A DNA stretch of 64,000 nucleotides, from positions 716-64,715 of the forward strand of contig JAZNAG010000104.1 of the NCBI GenBank assembly GCA_045586405.1, in the 5' to 3' direction. This DNA comes from Acutalibacteraceae bacterium. Lineage in GTDB: Bacteria > Bacillota > Clostridia > Oscillospirales > Acutalibacteraceae. A program made the position numbers and the translations under genes. A model generated the notes under the pieces. The model searched no databases and had not been told where the DNA came from. It saw only the letters and a list, made by a program, of their open reading frames with translations. Below, one piece after another: positions 57,224 to 64,000 of the stretch (position 1 is its first letter; each line of letters starts with the position of its first letter).

Positions 57224-59203
57224 TTATATCCAAACACCGTTGGCATTAATCCAGTAGTTACCTATCCAGCAGTTAGCAGCCATAGCACCACTATTATAGA
57301 AGTAATACCAATTACCATCTATATATTGCCAGTCGGTTAACATATTTCCGCCGCTTGCCAGATAATACCAAGTGTTTCCAAGTAGCAACCAGCCTGTTGC
57401 CATATTACCGCCATTGTTGAAATAATACCAACTAGAACCTACGTATTGCCAACCGGTTACCATATTGCCACCGTCAGCCAAATAATACCAAGCTCCACCT
57501 TGGTTTAACCAACCGGTTTGCATTGCGCCACCTTCGTTCAAGTAGTACCAAGTGTTGCCGATGTACTGCCAGCCTGTAGTCATAGCGCCATTGTCAGCTA
57601 AATAGTACCATACTCCGTCAAGCAACCAGCCTGTTTGCATTGCACCACTTTGGTTAAAGTAATACCAAGTACCATTAATATTTTTCCAACCGGTTACCAT
57701 AGAACCATTATCACTTAAATAATACCACGTATTATTACGAAGCAACCAGCCTGTTGCCATATTTCCATATTCATTAAAGTAATACCAGTTGCCATCAATA
57801 CATTGCCAATCTTCAGATATTCTCTCCCACACAGCATACAGTATTATGTTCGCATTTGCTGCATAATTTGCACCGCTTTCATACATTGGTGTTGTAGCAT
57901 TAGGATCGTTTGACCAACCTAAGAAAGTATAGCCTTGTCTAGTCGGTTTGGTTGTGGAAAGTTGTATGGTTATATCATACTCTTTAAACTGAGTTGCAGG
58001 TGAACCGCTACCACCATTATCACGATATTCAATAAAGTTTTCAATTTTCCAAATTTGAGTTCCTGCACCTGTATATGTATTAACGCATACATCTGACCCT
58101 GATCGAACATCTAACACACAACTCGAATTTTGAGAATTTCTTATAACAAAACCATCATTAACTTTTTCAAACTTCCATCGTTGAGAATTATGACCTGTGT
58201 TATCATATATACAAACATTTTTGCCGCTTGCTACTGTTTCTGCATATACATTAACTACTCTGGTTGAGCTGCAATGCGGTCTTATCATATGCCCTAGCAC
58301 TTCGTTCTTAATTTCCACGGTGAAAGAATCGTTTATAGTTCCCGAATAAGCAACGGTGCTTATATTAGTGGACTGCGCATCTACACCACCATCAACATTT
58401 AAATAGCCGCCGTTGCCAACGTTTTTGATAAGATAATTGCTGTATTCAATATCAATAAGATTTCCGATTGTGCCACTATTAATTGTAACTTTATTTTTAT
58501 CAAAAGTATAGTGTACTGATCCGTAATGCGACTTGAGAGGTGCTACTACAGCACTTTTCCCTGATGGAAAACCCGCATCGTTTGAACTTGCAGGATTATT
58601 TAAAATTCTACCTTTGGAATTGCCTGATGTAACTACCCATCCACAACGCTCAAGTTCATTTAAAAGAGATGAATTTCCAGTACGCCCCGATTCTCCCAAA
58701 AGCATTCCAAAATGCAAATGATTTCCTCCGCTATCACCAGTAGAACCAATCTCGCCTATAACATCACCTACCGAAACCGTTTGTCCATTTGTAACAGAAA
58801 ACGATAACAAATGTTGATATGTTGTATAATAAGAGTATCCGCTACCTATTGGATGCTCGATTACAACAGTATTACCACGAACACTATTATAAAAAGCATA
58901 TGCTATTCCTGATGCAGAGGCATATACTTGTGTGCCCGCATCTGCAGCCACATCAATACCATTATGCCCACCTTGGCCTGTATGAGCAGAATCCCCCCAA
59001 CTGCTGTGATATGTTCCGCAGAATACACATTTATCTTGTCCTGGACAACCTGCCCAGTCACTAAAATTATTGTAATAAGTAGATGGCAAAGGGAATAACC
59101 ACGTACCATCATCACGTGTTGCTGCAAATGCGCTCACCTGTATCATAGGGAAAACACAAATCACTAGGATTATAGATAATATCATCGCTAAACTTTTCTT
59201 CAT
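57224..59203 (-). CDS. Secreted M23 metallopeptidase with ricin-type beta-trefoil lectin domain, Listeria-Bacteroides (Flg_new) repeat and C-terminal cell-wall-binding repeats
   Basis: Signal peptide MKKSLAMILSIILVICVFPMIQVSAFA. M23 motifs GHNGIDVAA and GGNHLHFGM. Ricin-like QRWKFEKVNDGFVIRN / TQIWKIE. GYTFLGWSNDP...ILYAVW. About 9 copies of GWxxxxxxWYY(L/F)xxxGxMxTGW. Confidence 0.85.
   Translation of the reverse strand: MKKSLAMILSIILVICVFPMIQVSAFAATRDDGTWLFPLPSTYYNNFSDWAGCPGQDKCVFCGTYHSSWGDSAHTGQGGHNGIDVAADAGTQVYASASGIAYAFYNSVRGNTVVIEHPIGSGYSYYTTYQHLLSFSVTNGQTVSVGDVIGEIGSTGDSGGNHLHFGMLLGESGRTGNSSLLNELERCGWVVTSGNSKGRILNNPASSNDAGFPSGKSAVVAPLKSHYGSVHYTFDKNKVTINSGTIGNLIDIEYSNYLIKNVGNGGYLNVDGGVDAQSTNISTVAYSGTINDSFTVEIKNEVLGHMIRPHCSSTRVVNVYAETVASGKNVCIYDNTGHNSQRWKFEKVNDGFVIRNSQNSSCVLDVRSGSDVCVNTYTGAGTQIWKIENFIEYRDNGGSGSPATQFKEYDITIQLSTTKPTRQGYTFLGWSNDPNATTPMYESGANYAANANIILYAVWERISEDWQCIDGNWYYFNEYGNMATGWLLRNNTWYYLSDNGSMVTGWKNINGTWYYFNQSGAMQTGWLLDGVWYYLADNGAMTTGWQYIGNTWYYLNEGGAMQTGWLNQGGAWYYLADGGNMVTGWQYVGSSWYYFNNGGNMATGWLLLGNTWYYLASGGNMLTDWQYIDGNWYYFYNSGAMAANCWIGNYWINANGVWI
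57227..57815 (-). repeat. Tandem ~60-nt coding repeats (cell-wall-binding repeats)
   Basis: Periodic ccagcctgt(t/a)gccat...ataataccaag units on the plus strand. In protein terms these are WYYLxxGGNMxTGW repeats. Confidence 0.85.
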
Positions 59204-59234
59204 TCGTATAAAACCCCTTTATAATTTTAATATT

Positions 59235-59264
59235 AAAAAAGTGCGGCCACCGAAGTAACCGCAC
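59235..59264 (-). terminator. Leader terminator (candidate attenuator) upstream of the M23 gene
   Basis: The minus strand reads gtgcggttac-TTCG-gtggccgcac, a 10-bp stem including two G-U pairs with a UUCG tetraloop, followed by tttttt. It lies ~30 nt upstream of the RBS AAGGGG and the ATG at 59203. Confidence 0.65.
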
Positions 59265-59455
59265 AAAAAACGCAAACCCCGATAGTCGCCAAACTAACAA
59301 ATGTGAAATGGGTGCAAACGCACATACCTATAAACACCTGGAATTTGCGTTTTTATCAAATTCAAAAGCATTTATAGATATAACCAAAATGAGCGTAATT
59401 ATCCCTATAAAAAGAAAAATACACCCAATTTCACACAGTATTCAGTTAGTTTGGC
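59265..59455 (-). promoter_or_regulatory. Structured 5' leader (candidate riboregulator) or MITE-like inverted-repeat element
   Basis: About 24 bp of long-range complementarity. gccaaactaac...tgtgaaattgggtg (complement of 59422-59455) pairs with cacccatttcaca...gttagtttggc (complement of 59288-59314), enclosing ~107 nt. There are three copies of a (t)gcgttt / aaacgca element that can pair alternatively. Confidence 0.4.
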
Positions 59456-59461
59456 AAAATT

Positions 59462-59490
59462 AGTATAACACATTAAAATTTAAATTGCAA
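59462..59490 (-). promoter_or_regulatory. Sigma-A type promoter driving the leader and the M23 gene
   Basis: The minus strand reads TTGCAA (59485-59490), 17 nt, extended -10 TGtTATACT (59462-59470). The predicted TSS coincides with the start of the long helix. Confidence 0.6.
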
Positions 59491-59493
59491 TAG

Positions 59494-59516
59494 AAAAAGG
59501 ACTCCGCATGGAGCCC
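59494..59516 (-). terminator. Intrinsic terminator after spoIVB
   Basis: The minus strand reads gggctcc-atgc-ggagtcc + ttttt. Confidence 0.6.
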
Positions 59517-59522
59517 TTTCTG

Positions 59523-60770
59523 TTACGATGCATCTTTTAATTTATTGCTCTCTGACACACTTTGAGCAGTCTCTAACATATTTTCTGCGAATATAGCATA
59601 TCCCTTGGTGGGATCATCGACTAATACGTGAGTTACTGCCCCAATTAACTTACCATTCTGAATTAAAGGACTACCCGACATACCCTGAACTATACCGCCT
59701 GTTTTTTCTATAAGCTCTTTATCGGTTATAACAACAGTCATATCCTGAACGGTATTATTCACCTTTGCGTTTATCACCTTTATTTCGCAGGAATATGCCT
59801 TTACACCACCGTCATCAACGGTAGTCATAATTGTTGCCACGCCGTCCTTAACATCCTGTTTATGCGCAATTTGAGTAAGATTTTCGGTACTTACCTTACA
59901 GGTGGCTTGTCCATACACTCCCATTTGACAGTTTTCGTAAAGTCTGCCAACAGAAGTATAGGTGAGTTTGCCTTTAAGTTCACCCGGTACGCCCTTTGTA
60001 CCCTTTACTATTGACACAATTTGTGCACCAACAAGGTCGCCGCGGCTAAAGGAAATCATTTCTTTGGTTTCGCTGTCGTATATACCGTGACCAAGTCCGC
60101 AAATCATATTATTATACGGCGAATAAAAGGTTAACGTACCGATACCTGCCGTACTGTCTTTAACCCACAGTCCCGCCTTATACTCACCATCTTCATCGCT
60201 TAGCACCGGTGTTAAGTAAAGCGTCATATCCTTACCATCTCTGCGTATCTCTAGCGTTTGTTCTTGGCCGTTACTGTTTGAAAATATTTCAGCCAAGCCC
60301 TCGTTAGTAGTCACCTTTTTGCCGTTTACAGATAAAATATAATCTCCTTTTAAAATTCCCGCTTCCCTACCGGGATTTTTTGTTTTACCCTCTGTATTTA
60401 TCTCCTGAATATCCACCACCAATACTCCGTCGGTATAAATTTTTATACCAAAAGGACTACCCAGCACCGCAACAAAGGTTTCCTCAACTATTTCAACTGT
60501 AGTAGATTTAACGGGAATAACGCCGAAAAGCTTTACATCTACCTTAAAAGTGCCGCCTACAACGTTTATTTCGTCGCACTTTGAAAAAACTACGCCGTTA
60601 TATTCTGTGGTTACGGGAACCAAGGAATCTATGTCGAAATTTGTTCCCTTTGTAATTTTATAGGTATCTGCAATATTATCGGAATAGTAGCCCGCCGTGG
60701 CACCCACAAGCAAAACCGATATAGAAAACAGCGCATAAAGTGTAAGCAGCGCCGTTTTAAACTTCTTCAT
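59523..60770 (-). CDS. spoIVB: SpoIVB peptidase (S55 serine peptidase with PDZ domain)
   Basis: TM/signal segment, PDZ region (GILKGDYILSVNGKKV), and catalytic region [27 protein letters not shown] at 60770 after the AGGGTGA RBS. Confidence 0.9.
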   Translation of the reverse strand: MKKFKTALLTLYALFSISVLLVGATAGYYSDNIADTYKITKGTNFDIDSLVPVTTEYNGVVFSKCDEINVVGGTFKVDVKLFGVIPVKSTTVEIVEETFVAVLGSPFGIKIYTDGVLVVDIQEINTEGKTKNPGREAGILKGDYILSVNGKKVTTNEGLAEIFSNSNGQEQTLEIRRDGKDMTLYLTPVLSDEDGEYKAGLWVKDSTAGIGTLTFYSPYNNMICGLGHGIYDSETKEMISFSRGDLVGAQIVSIVKGTKGVPGELKGKLTYTSVGRLYENCQMGVYGQATCKVSTENLTQIAHKQDVKDGVATIMTTVDDGGVKAYSCEIKVINAKVNNTVQDMTVVITDKELIEKTGGIVQGMSGSPLIQNGKLIGAVTHVLVDDPTKGYAIFAENMLETAQSVSESNKLKDAS

Positions 60771-60816
60771 TTTTATCACCCTGTGTTATTGTAACCTTTT
60801 AAAAAGACAATAACTG

Positions 60817-61095
60817 TTACAAACTTTTCCTTTTTGAGTTTTTAATTGTAATAGGCCCTTTTACAAGCACGGTTTCGTTGCCTATTACCTCAATATTTTT
60901 CCAGGGAATCTGTATATCCTCTTCTCTGCCGAGCACGCCGAAAAGCCTTTGCCTGCCAAAAACAACAATATTTGCGACACTGCCCGTTTCGGTATCAACT
61001 TCAAGTTCACTTACATAGCCGATTACCGAGCCTGTTTCTACGCTTACAACCTGTTTGTTTTTAAAATCTTCAATATTATAAAGCAAAAAAATCAC
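60817..61095 (-). CDS. YlmC/YmxH family sporulation protein (PRC-barrel)
   Basis: About 90 aa. KQVVSVETGSVIGYVSELEVDTETGSVANIVV...IPWKNIEVIGNETVLV. The 5' end is uncertain: GTG at 61095, or TTG at 61086 after GGGGTGA. Confidence 0.8.
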   Translation of the reverse strand: MIFLLYNIEDFKNKQVVSVETGSVIGYVSELEVDTETGSVANIVVFGRQRLFGVLGREEDIQIPWKNIEVIGNETVLVKGPITIKNSKRKSL

Positions 61096-61128
61096 CCCAT
61101 ATAAAATATGAGATTTGAATGTTTATAA

Positions 61129-61914
61129 TTACTGATTACCCTTTATTTTGTCAATGGCATTTTTTTCAAGGCGTGAAACCTGTGCCTGAGAAATACCTAT
61201 TTCTTTTGAAACCTCGGTTTGAGTAAGTCCCCGCATAAACCGCATTGTGAGAATATTCTTTTCCCGCTCATCAAGAGCAACTATTGCTTCTCTGAGCGCC
61301 AGTTCATCAAGCCATTGTTCAGCCGAGTTATTGTCACCCAGTTGGTCGAGAACGTATACCATATCGCCGCCCTCAGAAAAAACCGGTTCATACAGCGAAA
61401 TGGGGTCCACAATGCTTTCAAGGGCTATTACCACTTCGCTTTCAGCCAAGGACAACATTTGCGCTATTTCACCTATAGTCGGCTCTTTCTGGTACTTATT
61501 TATATATTCCTCTTTAGCCTTCATAGCCTTATAGGCGGTATCTTTTATAGAACGGCTTACCCTTATTGAGTTATTATCGCGAAGGTGCCGTCGTATCTCA
61601 CCGATTATCATGGGCACCGCATAGGTTGAAAAGCGGACATTCTGGTTAATATCGAAATTCTCAATAGATTTTATCAGTCCGATACAGCCAACCTGAAACA
61701 AGTCGTCCATATTTTCGCCTCTACCCGTAAAACGCTGTACTACGCTTAGCACAAGGCGGAGATTTCCTATTACCAGTTCATCTCTTGCCGATTTATCCCC
61801 CGCCTTAAATCTTCTGAGCAATTCTTCTTTTTCTCTTTCTTTCAAAACCTTTAATTTTGATGTATCAACACCGCAAATTTCTACTTTACCGCAAAAAATA
61901 ACAGACACCTCCAA
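61129..61914 (-). CDS. sigG: RNA polymerase sporulation sigma factor SigG
   Basis: KVEICGVDTSKLKVLK...GNLRLVLSVVQRF...FSTYAVPMIIGEIRR...GISQAQVSRLEK closely follows the SigG pattern. No ATG lies near the 5' end. The TTG at 61914 overlaps a GGAGGTG box, so the true start is probably a few codons downstream. Confidence 0.85.
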   Translation of the reverse strand: MEVSVIFCGKVEICGVDTSKLKVLKEREKEELLRRFKAGDKSARDELVIGNLRLVLSVVQRFTGRGENMDDLFQVGCIGLIKSIENFDINQNVRFSTYAVPMIIGEIRRHLRDNNSIRVSRSIKDTAYKAMKAKEEYINKYQKEPTIGEIAQMLSLAESEVVIALESIVDPISLYEPVFSEGGDMVYVLDQLGDNNSAEQWLDELALREAIVALDEREKNILTMRFMRGLTQTEVSKEIGISQAQVSRLEKNAIDKIKGNQ

Positions 61915-61969
61915 TAATTCTTAATAGAATTATTGCCAGATGTCTGAAAACTAAACCTGTTTTTTAAAA

Positions 61970-63061
61970 TTAAATTTGTCCTAAAATACTCTGAAAATAG
62001 TCAAGAGTTTCGTCACATTCCTTATCAATAGAGGTTTTAAGCAAATCACCGTTTAAATCGGTAGCAAGTATGGAAGAAATTTCCTCTTTGGCAACCTCGG
62101 TTCTGCCCAAAACAAGATTGATAAGTTCTTTTTTATTTGCACTGCCGCTACTAGCAAGTACACAGTTAACCTTAACCGATTCCGTAACGATTTTACCGAT
62201 AATCTTAACGGCATATTCATTTATATCGTTGCTTTTATTATCATTATTTTGCCTTAAAAAATCAAAATCGTGATAATCCTGAGCCGGAACACTCTCGGTT
62301 ATCTGTTCAACGGCAACCGTTTCAGTGATTTCTGCCTCTTGCTCCTCTTTGCAAGGCAAATCTTCAGCAGGTTCCTCTTTTTTAGTTAAAAGCGAAGCTT
62401 CAAGGGCAGTTATTTTTTCACTTAAAATTCTAATTTCATTATCCTTATCTTTTATAGAATCTTCAAGGGATTTAATAAGCGAATTTGCCTCTAACAGTTT
62501 TTCTGTTAAGGCTTCGTTCTGCTTTATAAGTTCCTTTTTACGCATAACCTTTTTCACTTCTTTTCTTTTTTCACATATGTAAACAATAAATAAAATAACT
62601 ATAATACCGCAAAAAGCGCCGCCGCTGTCAATTAGCATATCACGTATTTCACAGCTTCTGCCCACAACAAATTTTTGATGGATTTCATCACTGACAGCAT
62701 AAAGACTGCAAAACAGTTGTGACAGCAAAAATCTGCCTATAAACCGCATTTTGAATGTAGCAAGAAAAGACGCGGCAAATACGCCAAGCAGCCCATAAAC
62801 ACAAAAATGAGCAGATTTTCTAACAATTTTTTGCAAAGAATGAACTATCACCCTCTGCTCAGCAGGGCTTTTAAGCTTATATGAATTGTCAATAGCGCTG
62901 ATAATCTTTACTATAACTCTGCCGCTTGTGTTACTTGACTTAGTTGCTTCTTGCGCAGACATATAAAATATAAACGCTGCAATTAAAACAACGAGTATAG
63001 CAAAGAGCACCCGAAGACATATAATATGCATCGGGCGTCTTGTTGAATTATTACTTGTCAT
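61970..63061 (-). CDS. VanZ-like membrane protein with C-terminal coiled-coil/acidic extension
   Basis: The N-terminal 4-TM region has KSAHFCVYGLLG and DEIHQKFV(V)GRS motifs typical of VanZ. A KELIKQNEALTEKLLEANSLIKSLEDSIKDKDNEI coiled coil follows. The start is uncertain (63061 or 63091). Confidence 0.65.
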   Translation of the reverse strand: MTSNNSTRRPMHIICLRVLFAILVVLIAAFIFYMSAQEATKSSNTSGRVIVKIISAIDNSYKLKSPAEQRVIVHSLQKIVRKSAHFCVYGLLGVFAASFLATFKMRFIGRFLLSQLFCSLYAVSDEIHQKFVVGRSCEIRDMLIDSGGAFCGIIVILFIVYICEKRKEVKKVMRKKELIKQNEALTEKLLEANSLIKSLEDSIKDKDNEIRILSEKITALEASLLTKKEEPAEDLPCKEEQEAEITETVAVEQITESVPAQDYHDFDFLRQNNDNKSNDINEYAVKIIGKIVTESVKVNCVLASSGSANKKELINLVLGRTEVAKEEISSILATDLNGDLLKTSIDKECDETLDYFQSILGQI

Positions 63062-64000
63062 AACTGAAACTTGACGGATTCTTCTTAACACTGTTTACCA
63101 TAACTTCAAAGTGCAAATGGTTACCGGTAGACCATCCGGTTGTTCCCACATACCCGATTATCTGTCCGCGCTTTACAGAAGCGCCATTGCTAACAGTTAC
63201 ACTCTTCATATGCGCATAAAGGGTTTTATAGGTGTTACCGTCTTCTGATTTACCATGATCTATGGCAACATAGTTACCATAACCGCCACCACAACCACAG
63301 GAATAATTTTTGCCGTAGTTATGGGAACAGCTATTATTTACATAATAAACTTGTCCGTCTGCAGCAGCACGAACAGGCTTTCCTGCAATACCGCTGCCGG
63401 CGATATCAATACCCTTATGATTTCCTTTGTGAACACTGTCGTTACTTTGCCAACCTGCAGAAATACTATAATGACCTGCTACAGGCCAGAGGAAGTTGCC
63501 GCCTGCAAAATTTATATTTGAATTACTGCTTGCTTCACTGATCTTTTTAGCAGTTTCTTCCATAATTTTCTGTGCGGCAGATATATCGCTGTTAAGCTCT
63601 TTGATAACGCTGTTAACTTCAGCAACATCTTTTTTCAGTGAACTGTTATATGAGTCAAGCTTGCTTTTTTCTTTTTTCTGTTCATCAAGAATGGCTCGAA
63701 TTTCAACCTTTTCTTTTTCGATTTCCGAAATAGCGGCGTTGATTTTATTTACTAAATCGTTATCTTTTTCAGCAAGGGTTGCCGTCATTTCAGCAAGAAC
63801 AAGGTATTCAGAAAAATCCTCAGCACCAAGAAGAACCTGAACATTGCTTTGGTTTCCACCGGTCATATATATTGAACGGATACGCTTTCTGAATTGCTCG
63901 TTATCGGCTTCCATCTGAGCATTTTTTCTGTCAATTTCAGCCTGTTTTGCGGATATTTGTTTGTTAAGTGAAGAAATTTTAGCATTGCAATCGTCAACAA
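63051..64000 (-). CDS. M23 family metallopeptidase with N-terminal coiled coil (EnvC-like); the 5' end lies outside the window
   Basis: C-terminal GNHKGIDIAG ... STGNHLHFEV M23 motifs. The coiled-coil reading frame stays open through position 64000. Confidence 0.85.
   Translation of the reverse strand, partial: VDDCNAKISSLNKQISAKQAEIDRKNAQMEADNEQFRKRIRSIYMTGGNQSNVQVLLGAEDFSEYLVLAEMTATLAEKDNDLVNKINAAISEIEKEKVEIRAILDEQKKEKSKLDSYNSSLKKDVAEVNSVIKELNSDISAAQKIMEETAKKISEASSNSNINFAGGNFLWPVAGHYSISAGWQSNDSVHKGNHKGIDIAGSGIAGKPVRAAADGQVYYVNNSCSHNYGKNYSCGCGGGYGNYVAIDHGKSEDGNTYKTLYAHMKSVTVSNGASVKRGQIIGYVGTTGWSTGNHLHFEVMVNSVKKNPSSFSYDK

Noticed and set aside
59112-59300. 62-aa ORF overlapping the M23 gene start and leader
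   Set aside because: It overlaps the signal-peptide-coding 5' end of the real gene and the leader terminator. It has no RBS and its composition is not protein-like.
59204-59460. c-di-AMP (ydaO/yuaA) riboswitch upstream of the M23 hydrolase
   Set aside because: The conserved G-rich ydaO elements (ACGGGGA / GGGGUGAAUC-type segments, pseudo-twofold symmetry) are absent and the leader is AT-rich. It is kept as an unclassified leader instead.

Overview
Chromosomal segment from a spore-forming Firmicute, class Clostridia. This is inferred from spo0A, sigG, spoIVB and ylmC/ymxH, choline-type cell-wall-binding repeats, and Gram-positive RBS and terminator signatures. Most of the window is ordinary core metabolism. 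It holds a partial gap gene, two flavoproteins, a comM-like gene, ddh, a GH2+MFS sugar module, and a complete hisZGDCBHAFIE operon. It also holds metA-metY, pflBA, pckA, sdaA, hslO and six tRNAs.

The standout is a single 12.4 kb gene (20601-33047, 4148 aa). It encodes a signal-peptide-bearing giant exoprotein with an unusual architecture:
- three tandem Pmp-type (FxxN...GGAIY) beta-helix modules;
- a central two-lobed PLD-like domain with variant HxK(x)4S motifs;
- degenerate Cys-motif linkers;
- seven tandem LamG/concanavalin-like jelly-roll repeats;
- no recognisable wall anchor.
The gene sits between a tRNA-Leu and a truncated DUF1538 gene.

Other points worth a second look:
- a probable ZTP (pfl-motif) riboswitch with a covarying pseudoknot and terminator upstream of pflB;
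- a decay zone at 54.7-57.2 kb with an IS200-type element, an orphan glycyl-radical activase next to an internally deleted, frameshifted glycyl-radical enzyme relic, and a ~45-codon relic of a second SpoIVB peptidase;
- a ~250 nt structured leader (or MITE-like inverted-repeat element) with a UUCG-capped terminator upstream of an M23/ricin/CW-binding hydrolase gene;
- a Spo0A whose receiver domain lacks two canonical residues.

All functional calls come from reading the translated ORFs and motifs by eye. No database search was run.
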